Shown: positions 46,099-55,947 of the stretch, in pieces
How positions within the stretch are numbered: the first letter of the stretch is position 1
How the letters are laid out: every line of letters starts with the position of its first letter
DNA from: an uncultured bacterium
GTDB taxonomy: Bacteria; Zixibacteria; MSB-5A5; CAIYYT01
DNA length: 64,000 nucleotides
Assembly (NCBI GenBank): GCA_963726455.1
Contig: CAVSCK010000004.1
Span: 256,001 to 320,000 of the forward strand
Direction of reading: 5' to 3'
Program-made: the position numbers and the translations under genes
Notes under the pieces: generated by a model
Databases searched by the model: none
What the model saw: the letters and a program-made list of their open reading frames with translations, nothing else
Told to the model about the DNA's origin: nothing

Positions 46099-48024
46099 AT
46101 GAGAGTCACTAACGAAATGATTGCCAATCAGGTTGTCTACAACCTGACCCAGAATATCAATCGTTTCTACGTTCTCCAGAACCAGATGTCGACGAACAAG
46201 AGGATCAACAAGGCCTCTGATGACCCGATCGGCACCATCAAGGATCTGTCGTATCGTGAGCGGCTCTCGGAACTGACTCAATTCAAGAGCAACATCTCTA
46301 TCGGGAGCACCTGGTTGGCCTCCAGCGACACGGCGATGAACGACATTAGCACTGCAATGACGAACGCCCACGCCGTTGCCGTGGAAATGTCCAACGACAC
46401 ATTTGATGCTGTAGCCAGGGAGGCAGCCGCCAACGAGGTTCAATCGCTGCTCGATCAAGTTCTGGCGGCAGGCAATTCGCAGCTACAGGGCAACTATCTG
46501 TTCTCGGGCTATCGAACCCGCACCAAGTCGTTCGAATCTACATCTGTCGGCGTCGTTTATCGTGGTGATTCGGGAGCCATCAGCTACACGATTGACAGCA
46601 AAGCCAAAGTACAGATCAACACCATCGGCTCGAACCTGCTGACCAAGGCCTTCCGAGTTATCGGTGACAAATCCGACTTGCAGCCGGGTATCATCGCCAC
46701 GACACCGCTGGCGAATCTGAACGGCGGTAATGGCGTTGATCTCACTCCGGGCACTTTTGCTGTGAAAGACTTGAATCTTAATAATACGGTCACGATCGAC
46801 ATTTCGGCAGCTACGACCGTCGCTGATGCGATTGCGGCGATCAACGCGCAGTTGACTGCCGGTGGCATCACCAATCTGACGGCCTCGCTTGGCCTGGAAG
46901 GAAACAATATCCGGCTGGTCGCCACCGATGATCCGCGTGTAAGTCTGTCTACAGCTTTGGCGAACCTGAATAGCGGCGGCGGCGTTGATATGCAGCCGGG
47001 CAAATTCATAATCAGAAATCAATCCGGTTCGACCAACGTGACTGTCGATCTCACCGGCGATGTTACGATCGGTGATGCGATCAACTCGATCAATGCGCAA
47101 TTGACAGCCGCGGGAGTGACGAATGTCACGGCGGCGCTGAACGCCGGCAGTACCGGCATCGATATCACCGACACCAATGGTGTTCCGCTCGGGCTCTACA
47201 TCGAAGAAACTTCATTGTATGATGCCACGGCGGCGAATCTCGGTCTGAGTGGCTCGATTAATCCCGTGCTTTCCGGCAGCAATCTGAATCCTACCCCGAA
47301 CTTCCAGGTGGACGAAGCGGCTCCGGGACAGACAACCGGCGCCGATCTTGGCTTGCTTGGTGCTTTCACCAGAAACCAGATCGGTACTTCACTGGCACCA
47401 CAACTCCTGGCCACCACAACTCTCAACCAACTGCGGAGCAACAACGGCATTCCCCAGGGGGCAATCAAGATTGCTCTGGGAGAAACGTCGGTCACGATAG
47501 ATACCACCACTGGCATAGCAACCGTGCAGGACCTTCTGAACGCCATCAACGGCAGCGGCCTGGCAATCACCGCCGCGATCAACGCCGGTCAGACCGGCAT
47601 CCAGATTACTAACAACGATCCGACCCGCACGTTGATCATTTCCAACGGCGATGACAATCGCACTGCCAGCTCCCTCGGCTTATTCGGTTCCTCCGATGTG
47701 CTGGGCAATCTTATGCTGCTGGTGGAATCATTACATCAAAACGATCGCCAATCCGTCTCCGAGCTGGTCGGTCCCACGGATTCGGCCCTCAATGTTGTGC
47801 TCAACGAACGCGCGGCGGCAGGCGCCAAGGTCATCCGAATGGAAACGACCTTGTCCCGTCTCGAAGAATATGAAGTCAACTACACGAAGTTGCTCTCCGA
47901 GGTGGAAGATGCCGACGTAACCAAGCTTATAACCGATCTGGCGATGGCGGAAAATGCGTACAAATCGGCGCTCAATGCCGCATCGAGAATTTTACAACCG
48001 TCACTACTCGACTTTATCAGGTGA
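46099..48024 (+). CDS. flgL: Hook-associated protein FlgL, extended by internal repeats
   Basis: MRVTNEM..RINKASDDP, GNYLFSG, EDAD..QPSLLDFIR. Confidence 0.93.
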   Translation: MRVTNEMIANQVVYNLTQNINRFYVLQNQMSTNKRINKASDDPIGTIKDLSYRERLSELTQFKSNISIGSTWLASSDTAMNDISTAMTNAHAVAVEMSNDTFDAVAREAAANEVQSLLDQVLAAGNSQLQGNYLFSGYRTRTKSFESTSVGVVYRGDSGAISYTIDSKAKVQINTIGSNLLTKAFRVIGDKSDLQPGIIATTPLANLNGGNGVDLTPGTFAVKDLNLNNTVTIDISAATTVADAIAAINAQLTAGGITNLTASLGLEGNNIRLVATDDPRVSLSTALANLNSGGGVDMQPGKFIIRNQSGSTNVTVDLTGDVTIGDAINSINAQLTAAGVTNVTAALNAGSTGIDITDTNGVPLGLYIEETSLYDATAANLGLSGSINPVLSGSNLNPTPNFQVDEAAPGQTTGADLGLLGAFTRNQIGTSLAPQLLATTTLNQLRSNNGIPQGAIKIALGETSVTIDTTTGIATVQDLLNAINGSGLAITAAINAGQTGIQITNNDPTRTLIISNGDDNRTASSLGLFGSSDVLGNLMLLVESLHQNDRQSVSELVGPTDSALNVVLNERAAAGAKVIRMETTLSRLEEYEVNYTKLLSEVEDADVTKLITDLAMAENAYKSALNAASRILQPSLLDFIR

Positions 48025-48030
48025 GGCAAG

Positions 48031-48516
48031 ATGTTAGTGGAGACCATTCAATTCGGGCCATTGGAAATCACGGAAGATGATATTATCACCTTTCCCAAAG
48101 GCGTTCTCGGTTTCGAGACACTTGAAAAGTACGTGATTATCGACCACGCGGATTGCTGGCCGTTCCGCTGGCTACAATGTATCGAAGCGTCCGAGATCGC
48201 GTTCGTCATTGTCAACCCGCTGATGTTTTTCCCCGGCTATCGGGTGGCAGTGCATGCCAAGGAAGTGGCCGATATCGAGGTGGAAGATCCTCACGAAGTT
48301 GAAATTTCGGTTATCGTGACGATTCCGACGCAGGTGGAGCACATGTCGGCCAACCTGCAGGGTCCGGTGTTGATCAACAATCGCAATCGGATGGCAAAGC
48401 AATTGGTGCTTACCAACAGTGATTATACGGTACAACATTCTATTACTGAACAACTGACGCGCATCCAGATGAAGAGGGAACACCTTCCGGCCGCCACTGT
48501 GGAGCTCACGCGATGA
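48031..48516 (+). CDS. fliW: Flagellar assembly factor FliW
   Basis: QFG..ITFPKGVLGFE, WLQ, NPLMFFPGY, SANLQGPVLIN..AKQLVL. Confidence 0.94.
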   Translation: MLVETIQFGPLEITEDDIITFPKGVLGFETLEKYVIIDHADCWPFRWLQCIEASEIAFVIVNPLMFFPGYRVAVHAKEVADIEVEDPHEVEISVIVTIPTQVEHMSANLQGPVLINNRNRMAKQLVLTNSDYTVQHSITEQLTRIQMKREHLPAATVELTR

Positions 48517-48596
48517 TTGTTGCTATCGCGTCGCACCGCGCTGCGGCACCAGTTGGCAGGTAATAAAACCATGGAAGGGCATGCATAGGAGAGAGC

Positions 48597-50195
48597 ATGA
48601 CGGAGGCCCGCACACAGCCGTCGTTCCCCGGGACGGGGATCCTCGGCGTCGACAAGATCAAGAGCACAATCGAAGAAGCTGCCAAGGCCGTTGCTGCCGG
48701 CAATTATGAATTTGCCCTCAGTCTGCTTAATGATGCGATTGAGTTGGCGCCGGCCTCCACCGAGTTGCTGACCGCGGCCGCTCTGGTGACATTGAGAGCG
48801 GGAGACGCGAACCGGGCTGAGAAGTATCTGGTGCAGGCGCTTCAGCTCGTGCCGAAGAACAAAGACATCCTTCACAATCTTGCGCTTCTGTACTGGGGAG
48901 AGAATCGGCACTCCGACGCTCGCGGTATGCTGTTGCGGCTGGTTGACGTCGATCCCTCGGACGCGGACGGTTTCAACGATCTCGGCGTACTCGAAGATCA
49001 ATGCGGCAACGTCGCCGACGCAACTACGGCATTCAAAACGGCGCTCACCCTGCCCGGCGCAACCAGAAAGACATTCGAAAATTGCTTTGACTTTTTCGTA
49101 CGCGCAAATGCGATCACGGACTTTCGTTCGGCCATCGGCACGTACCTGACTCGTTACGGTGAGGACGACGTAGTCCGCAAGTGGCAGAGTGAAGCAGCCC
49201 GGTCATTCGAGCTAAAACCCAATCCAGAAATCGTCCCTGACGACATCTACTCAACCGGAGTGAACGGGCTGAAGATAGCGTTCTTCGCCGCATTCCAAAC
49301 ATTTCTTGATCCGATCATCGCCGATCTGAAGAAAGATAACGAGATCAAACTCTTCACGTCCGGGACGGATCGGCAGATGCGCGATTTGCTGGAATGGTGT
49401 GATCTGGCGTGGTTCGAATGGTGCGACAGTTTGCTCATCGCCGCGACCAAGATGCCCAAGCGCTGTAAGATTATCTGCCGCTTGCACAGTTACGAGGCGT
49501 TCACGGAAATGCCGCAGCAGGTTGATTGGAGCAAAGTCGATCATCTCATTCTGGTCAACCGCTCGGTGCAGGAAGTGCTCGCCCGTAGCGTCAGAATCCC
49601 GACGCCGACTACCATCATTCATAATGGAGTCGATACCGGCAAATTTTCAATTCCGGAGAACAAGACTTACGGAAAGCGGATTTGCTCGGTGGGATACATC
49701 AACTACAAGAAGAACCCGGCGCTCTTGCTTTATTGTTTCAAGGCGATCCACGATTACGATCCGTCTTATCGCTTCCACATTGCCGGAGCGCATCAGGATC
49801 CGCGTATCCAGATCTATTTCGAGCACTTGATTCCGATACTGAATATTCCCGTCGTGTTTGACGGCTGGGTCGAAGACATGCCCGGCTATCTGCGGGATAA
49901 AGATTATGTTATCTCAACTTCGCTGTTTGAGTCATTCCATTACTCGATCGCGGAAGGCATGGCAAGTGGCGTGCTGCCGCTGATTCATGACTGGCCCGGC
50001 GCTTCGTATCTCTATCCACATGAGTACTTGTTCACGACTCCGGATGAATGCACGACCTTGATCAAGCGTCTTGAAACTCAGGACCGCCAGCAACTGGGCC
50101 GGAAGTGCCGTGACTTCATCGTCTCGCATTATGATCTCGACAAGCAATTAGCCAAAGTCAATTCTCTCGTGAAGACGGTGGCGGAAGGAAAATGA
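48597..50195 (+). CDS. TPR + GT-B (GT4-like) glycosyltransferase
   Basis: N-terminal TPRs; WFEWC, RLHSYE, IHNGVD, KKNP, STSLFESFHYSIAEGMASG. Confidence 0.85.
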   Translation: MTEARTQPSFPGTGILGVDKIKSTIEEAAKAVAAGNYEFALSLLNDAIELAPASTELLTAAALVTLRAGDANRAEKYLVQALQLVPKNKDILHNLALLYWGENRHSDARGMLLRLVDVDPSDADGFNDLGVLEDQCGNVADATTAFKTALTLPGATRKTFENCFDFFVRANAITDFRSAIGTYLTRYGEDDVVRKWQSEAARSFELKPNPEIVPDDIYSTGVNGLKIAFFAAFQTFLDPIIADLKKDNEIKLFTSGTDRQMRDLLEWCDLAWFEWCDSLLIAATKMPKRCKIICRLHSYEAFTEMPQQVDWSKVDHLILVNRSVQEVLARSVRIPTPTTIIHNGVDTGKFSIPENKTYGKRICSVGYINYKKNPALLLYCFKAIHDYDPSYRFHIAGAHQDPRIQIYFEHLIPILNIPVVFDGWVEDMPGYLRDKDYVISTSLFESFHYSIAEGMASGVLPLIHDWPGASYLYPHEYLFTTPDECTTLIKRLETQDRQQLGRKCRDFIVSHYDLDKQLAKVNSLVKTVAEGK

Positions 50196-52831
50196 TTATG
50201 TCCAGGAAGACTGCCCACAATTCCGTGCAAGTACCTTCCGCCAATGACGTGGCTGCGCAAATAGAACAGCTTTATGCCACCGGTGATTTCAATGCCTGCT
50301 ATACGGCTTCGCAACAGCTTGCGACTGCCAACAAGGATAGTTGGAACAACGCTCCGGAAAACATGCTCAAGTGCGCGGCGTGGTCCGCATACCGCACTCA
50401 ACACTTCAGTTCCGCATCAGAATGGCTGAAAGCGCTAACTGATCGTGGCGCCGATGATGATCTGAAACTGCTTACGTCTTTGCTTCACTTTGAATACCGT
50501 GAGTACGCCGACTGTATCGCCGTCGGGACCGACTTGGTCGAACGAGACAAACTCGCGGTAGTCTGCAAACGTCATCCCGAGTCGGTGTCGCTCAAGTGCC
50601 GCTTCCTCAATTCTCTTGGGCTGGCTCACTACAACACCGGCGATGTCAAGAAGGCCGATAATCTTTTCGCTTGGGCGCAACGAATCAATCCCAATTCGCC
50701 TGAGTCCTACATCAACCTCGCCATATCGAGAGGACGGCGGGGTGACATGGACGGCAAGCGCCGGGCAATTTCTGAAGGTCTGGTGCATTGCGCACATAAA
50801 GACGACCTGCAGAAACTGGCCGGGGAATTTCTCGGCGACGAGACCATCTCGCTGTGCATGATCGTCAAAAACGAAGAGAAGATGCTGCCGCAGTGTCTCG
50901 AAAGCGTCAGTGATCTGGTCGATGAGATTGTCGTAGTCGACACCGGCTCCGAGGATCGTACCGTCGAAATCGCCAGGCAATTTGGCGCCCGCGTTTTCCA
51001 TCACCCTTGGCAAGACGATTTCTCCTTGCATCGAAACCAATCGCTCGGCTATGCGACCTGCGACTGGATATTGATCATGGATGCCGATGAAGTGCTCGTA
51101 AAAAATGACCACGACAAGCTGCGTCAGGCAACGCGCATTCCCGATATGAACGTAATATCGCTCTCGGTGCACAATCAACACCTGCGCACCGGTGACTTTA
51201 CGTCATTCCTGCCCTCGGTGCGCTTGTGGCGACGGAAATTGAATGCGCATTATGAAGGAATCGTACACAACGAACTGCGCCTGCCTGTCTCCGAGCCGGT
51301 CTTGCGTGCCGATATCCGCCTGATTCACTATGGATACGGCCTTGACTGGGAAATGATGACGAAGAAGATCGCTCGCAGCAAGACGCTGTTATTGAAACAA
51401 CTCGCAGATAATCCCGATAACGCCTTCGCCAATTTCAACTACTCACAGATTCTTCGGGGTGAGCATAAGACTCCGCCAGCCGAAGTCTGTCGCGAGATTC
51501 TCGATCACTCAGGCCGCGCCGTGAATAACAGCGACCCTGAGAAGGCCGGCCAGCGTCATATCCACCTGATGGCTCTGGATCAGATGGCGTCTGCCTACTT
51601 CTATCTCAGAGAATTCGACAATGCGGAACGTGTCGCTCTCCAGGCGCTGGAGCTTGAACCGTCATATCTTGACGCGCTGTTCGCGCTCGGAAACATCTTT
51701 GCCGGCAAGCGTGACTTTGCGCGCGCCATTCCCGCGTATCAGAACTACATCGCGGCCGCGGACAAATACAACCCCGGTGACGAAACGCAGAATCTGATTC
51801 TGATTCATGCCGGGGATCAGGCAGCGGCCTATTTCAGTCTGGGGCTAGTGTACGAGGAAATGCAGCAGGGGCCGGAAGCGATTGCGAGTTTCAACGAGAT
51901 ATTCCGTTACCGCCAGGACTATAGCGATGTCCTCACTCATTTGGCCATGTTGAAGCATCGCGCGGGAGATTTTGAATCTGCCCACGATTACGCCGTGAAG
52001 CGCGTGGCGGCAGACGACTCCGACCTTACCGCTCGCAGCATCCTGGCCGATATATACCGACGCCAGGGGCATTTAGGCGACGCGCGAACACAATGCCAAT
52101 ACATGCTCGACAAGGATTCGACTAACAGGTTGGCTCTCGACATGTTGGTGCAAATCGAAAGACAGGCAGGGGATCTGGAGTCCGCACTGGTCTGGATAGA
52201 TCGCAGTCTCGCGGCCTCTCCCGACGATTACCAACCCTGTTTCACCAAGGCCGAAATTCTGATGGGTCTCGCGAAATACAGCGATGCCATCAGCATTTAC
52301 GAAGCCATGGAGAAGCGCTCGCCTGACGACGCCGAAATCGCAAACAATCTCGGCAACTGCTATTTCAAATTACAGAATCTTGAAAACGCAGTCCGCTGCT
52401 ACAGCCGCGCCTTGTCGATTGAGCCGCAGATGGTCATTGCACTCCGCAATCTTGGCTATACCTATTTCAGGAATGGCGATCACGCGGACGCCGTACGCAA
52501 GCTCTCCAACTATCTCGACTACGTGCCGGAGGATTTCGACATACTCTATCTGGTCTCACGGCTCTATTTCGAGCTTACGGAATATGCGGACGCATTGCGC
52601 TACGTAGAGAGGTGCGTCATGCTGCAGCCGCAATCTGCCGAGCTGATCTCATTCCTTGCCGACTGCTATCTCAAGCTCGGACATGTCGACAGCGCCCAGC
52701 TTGGCTATCAACGGGCGCTTGCCATCGATCCTGCTTACATTCCGGCGAAAGCTATGCTTGATGAGATACGGGGACTATCGGCCACGTCCGCGGCTCTGTC
52801 TCGACTCGCCAAGCAGGGAGCCACTACATGA
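50192..52831 (+). CDS. TPR-GT2-TPR glycosyltransferase (putative flagellin glycosyltransferase)
   Basis: ISLCMIVKNEE, VDTGSED, WQDDFS..RN, MDADE and HYGY core flanked by many TPRs. Confidence 0.88.
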   Translation: MIMSRKTAHNSVQVPSANDVAAQIEQLYATGDFNACYTASQQLATANKDSWNNAPENMLKCAAWSAYRTQHFSSASEWLKALTDRGADDDLKLLTSLLHFEYREYADCIAVGTDLVERDKLAVVCKRHPESVSLKCRFLNSLGLAHYNTGDVKKADNLFAWAQRINPNSPESYINLAISRGRRGDMDGKRRAISEGLVHCAHKDDLQKLAGEFLGDETISLCMIVKNEEKMLPQCLESVSDLVDEIVVVDTGSEDRTVEIARQFGARVFHHPWQDDFSLHRNQSLGYATCDWILIMDADEVLVKNDHDKLRQATRIPDMNVISLSVHNQHLRTGDFTSFLPSVRLWRRKLNAHYEGIVHNELRLPVSEPVLRADIRLIHYGYGLDWEMMTKKIARSKTLLLKQLADNPDNAFANFNYSQILRGEHKTPPAEVCREILDHSGRAVNNSDPEKAGQRHIHLMALDQMASAYFYLREFDNAERVALQALELEPSYLDALFALGNIFAGKRDFARAIPAYQNYIAAADKYNPGDETQNLILIHAGDQAAAYFSLGLVYEEMQQGPEAIASFNEIFRYRQDYSDVLTHLAMLKHRAGDFESAHDYAVKRVAADDSDLTARSILADIYRRQGHLGDARTQCQYMLDKDSTNRLALDMLVQIERQAGDLESALVWIDRSLAASPDDYQPCFTKAEILMGLAKYSDAISIYEAMEKRSPDDAEIANNLGNCYFKLQNLENAVRCYSRALSIEPQMVIALRNLGYTYFRNGDHADAVRKLSNYLDYVPEDFDILYLVSRLYFELTEYADALRYVERCVMLQPQSAELISFLADCYLKLGHVDSAQLGYQRALAIDPAYIPAKAMLDEIRGLSATSAALSRLAKQGATT

Positions 52832-53895
52832 CCGGTCCAGCTATCGGCGCTCTCGATCGCGATTTCGTCAACGAAGTTCTCAGCACCCGCGACCATCACG
52901 TTCAAAATTCCCTGAGCTGGTTCGATTTTTTGAAGGATTATTCCGGCGAAACTGATTGCTCGTCAACTTTCTTTGTTGAGGGCAAGCCCGTCGGATTCGT
53001 TCTGGCGCTGCAATACAAGAATCTGATTCAATCACTGCCGTATCCGGCAAGTTATTCAGGTGTCTGTTTTCTTCCCGAGATAAGGAGAGACGTGCGCTGC
53101 GCAGTGGTACAGGAATTGTTTAAACATTATGCCGATCGTGCCGACGCGTTCACGCTATGTACTTCGCCGTTCTTCGGCGATGGTGATCTTTGCGAGGAAC
53201 AATTCGACTATGCCGTCGGCAATCGGATTCTGTTCATCGACCTCAGCCGTCCGCTGCTCACCGGAACGAACTCGAAATTTAGAAACAATCTGAAACGTAA
53301 TCTGCGCAAGGCCAAGGATGCGGGCGTCGTCCTGTATCGGTCAAATGATGAAGCGACGTTGAAGGAGTGGCACGGCGTCTATGAGAAACGAATGGCAGAA
53401 CTAGATGCGCCGACACTCGACTATGCCTACTTCGCGGCCATGAGACGGCACCTCGCGGCAGATAATCAGTTTGAACTGTTTAACGCGAGAATCGGCGGTC
53501 GTTACCTCGGCGGGATTATCATTGTTCACAACAAATTCTGCGCTGACTACTACCTTAGCGTCTTCGACCGCGATTGCGACGACACGCAGGCAAGTACCTG
53601 TCTATTTCATGAAGCGCTTGCGTGGGCGAAGGAGCAGAGGATACACATATTTAACCTGCAAGCGTCGCCGGCGAGCCAGACAGCACTATACGAATTCAAG
53701 AAGTCCTGGGGCGCCGTCGCCGGAAGTCATCAGTACCTGGTGAAAATTCTGAAGAATAAAGACGCGCTTCTGCGCCAATCAGCTGAACAAATCAAACGCG
53801 AGTACCGCTTCCACTTTCTGTTACCGTTTGAAGCGCTTGCCGCAACCAATAATACCGCCATGAATGAACGCAAACACCTGCAACCGAGCAGATGA
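52828..53895 (+). CDS. GNAT/FemAB-like acyltransferase
   Basis: SLPYPASYSG, RNLRKAKDAGV, LYEFKKSWGA. Confidence 0.75.
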   Translation: MTGPAIGALDRDFVNEVLSTRDHHVQNSLSWFDFLKDYSGETDCSSTFFVEGKPVGFVLALQYKNLIQSLPYPASYSGVCFLPEIRRDVRCAVVQELFKHYADRADAFTLCTSPFFGDGDLCEEQFDYAVGNRILFIDLSRPLLTGTNSKFRNNLKRNLRKAKDAGVVLYRSNDEATLKEWHGVYEKRMAELDAPTLDYAYFAAMRRHLAADNQFELFNARIGGRYLGGIIIVHNKFCADYYLSVFDRDCDDTQASTCLFHEALAWAKEQRIHIFNLQASPASQTALYEFKKSWGAVAGSHQYLVKILKNKDALLRQSAEQIKREYRFHFLLPFEALAATNNTAMNERKHLQPSR

Positions 53896-54929
53896 CAAGG
53901 GCGAATATGATAAGCAACAAGACAATCTTCATCACCGGCGGCGCCGGATTCATCGGTTCGGCATTGGCCGAGCGGCTCGTCAACGATAATCAAATTATCA
54001 TCTACGATAATTTCCGCCGCAACTCACTGACCCGCAAGCCGGAATTGGCCAATCACCCTAACGTGTCAATTGTGCAGGGAGATATTCTGGATTGCGAGTC
54101 GCTGCAAAGCGCCCTCGATTCAGCGAACCTGGTGATTCATGCGGCCGCGATCGCCGGCGTGGATACGGTAATGCGTGATCCGGTGACGACTATGGAAGTC
54201 AACGTCATCGGTACGTACAATGTCTATCGCGCCTGCTTGCAAGCAGCGCGTTCGCTGGAACGCATCATCGATTTCTCGACCAGTGAGATTTTCGGCGCCT
54301 ACGCTTATAAAGTCACGGAGGAAAAACTCAAGCCCGTGCTCACGGTGGGCGAGGCACGCTGGTCCTATGCGATCAGCAAACTTGCCGGAGAGTTCTTTGC
54401 GAACAGCTTCTACGTGAAGTATGGCCTGCCCATCGTTTGCGTGAGGCCATTCAATATCTATGGTCCGGGGCAGGTTGGCGAAGGCGCGATACATCACTTC
54501 GTCGTAAATGCCTTGCGAAACAAGGACCTCACGATTCACCAGGACGGTTCGCAGATCAGAGCTTGGTGCTATATAGATGATATAATTGATGCGCTCGTGG
54601 AAATCCTCGGCAACAGCCGTTCCAACGGGAACGCCTTCAATATCGGCAATCCCAAGAGCACGCTGACAATCTATCATCTCGCTCGCGAAATCGTGCGGCT
54701 GTCCGGGTCCAAGTCACAAATTGTGTTTCAGGAGCGTAATTCGCCCGACGTCGAAATCCGCATACCGGATATCAACAAGGCCAAAGAGATCCTCAACTTC
54801 CGGCCACAGGTCGAACTTGAGGAAGGCCTATTGCGGACGATTGACTGGTATCGCGAGAAAATGCGGCTGGAAGATAACATGCTGGCGCTGCCGGTAACCT
54901 TGCGGCGAGGCCTCGAGTATGTGCGCTAA
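53892..54929 (+). CDS. NAD-dependent epimerase/dehydratase (extended SDR)
   Basis: ITGGAGFIGS, STSE, YAISK (YxxxK), RPFNIYGP. Confidence 0.92.
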   Translation: MTRANMISNKTIFITGGAGFIGSALAERLVNDNQIIIYDNFRRNSLTRKPELANHPNVSIVQGDILDCESLQSALDSANLVIHAAAIAGVDTVMRDPVTTMEVNVIGTYNVYRACLQAARSLERIIDFSTSEIFGAYAYKVTEEKLKPVLTVGEARWSYAISKLAGEFFANSFYVKYGLPIVCVRPFNIYGPGQVGEGAIHHFVVNALRNKDLTIHQDGSQIRAWCYIDDIIDALVEILGNSRSNGNAFNIGNPKSTLTIYHLAREIVRLSGSKSQIVFQERNSPDVEIRIPDINKAKEILNFRPQVELEEGLLRTIDWYREKMRLEDNMLALPVTLRRGLEYVR

Positions 54930-55947
54930 ACCGGTGAAGATCGTGTTGCCAAAGCAGGAGTACGGATTTCCTTCTGCGGCAGACCGTGCTTTTCCCAATA
55001 TGGTGCATCTCGATCTGATCAATGTCTGCAACATGCGTTGCGTACATTGTCCGCAGAGTAATATTCAGGAACACGTGCCGGATTACCAGCCCAACCAGCT
55101 CGATTTCGATTTGTTCAGGAAGATCATTGACGAAGTCGCCGAGCACGGCGCCACCTTGCGCATCACGTGTGACGGCGAACCGTTTCTGTACAAGCAGATT
55201 ATTGAGGCAATAAAATACATCAAGTCCGCCGGCGTCGCATGCGCGACTATTACGACAAACGGAAGTGTCATGACGCCGCCTATGAGCGAGGCAATTCTAT
55301 CGCCATCCGAAACTAAGCTGGTCGTTGACTTCAGTCTTGACGCCTTCTATGAGCCAAGCTATCGCAAGATTCGGCTGCGAGGCAATTTCGCCGGAGTCTA
55401 CGGCAATGTCTTTCACCTGCTGAAGAACAAGAAGCGTAACCCGAATCTTAGAATCGTCGTCAACATGATTGACCAGGATCTGCTGGAAGACGGCGAGGTT
55501 GATGCATTCCGCAAATTTTGGTCCGCTTTGGCTGACGACGTTGTGATTCGAACGTACTTGAACGTTAAAAACATGGTAAATGCCTCCGATTTGAGAATGA
55601 GCGCTGATCAACAGCGCTGGCCCTGTTCGCTGTTATGGAACCGTATGGCCATCAGTTCCTACGGGCGTCCGCGGTTCTGTGTCGCCGATTGGCGCGAACA
55701 GGCGGCATTTCGCGACTATGATCTACGTCATAATTCCATCAAGGAGTTATGGCAGTCGCAAGGTTACGAGCAACTGCGCTTTACGCATCTGCAGCGTGAT
55801 TTTGCCAATATCGGTATTTGCGAACAGTGCACCGACTGGTTCGGTCTTAAGTGGGGCTATGACTACAAGGTTGTAATCGATCGGCTATTTCGACCGGAAA
55901 CCTCTCCTTTGACTGCAAGGACATTGTCGCATGCAACAGCAACCTGA
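54919..55947 (+). CDS. Radical SAM protein with SPASM/Twitch domain
   Basis: CNMRCVHC, DGEP, ITTNG; C-terminal C-x18-C..CEQC. Confidence 0.9.
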   Translation: MCAKPVKIVLPKQEYGFPSAADRAFPNMVHLDLINVCNMRCVHCPQSNIQEHVPDYQPNQLDFDLFRKIIDEVAEHGATLRITCDGEPFLYKQIIEAIKYIKSAGVACATITTNGSVMTPPMSEAILSPSETKLVVDFSLDAFYEPSYRKIRLRGNFAGVYGNVFHLLKNKKRNPNLRIVVNMIDQDLLEDGEVDAFRKFWSALADDVVIRTYLNVKNMVNASDLRMSADQQRWPCSLLWNRMAISSYGRPRFCVADWREQAAFRDYDLRHNSIKELWQSQGYEQLRFTHLQRDFANIGICEQCTDWFGLKWGYDYKVVIDRLFRPETSPLTARTLSHATAT

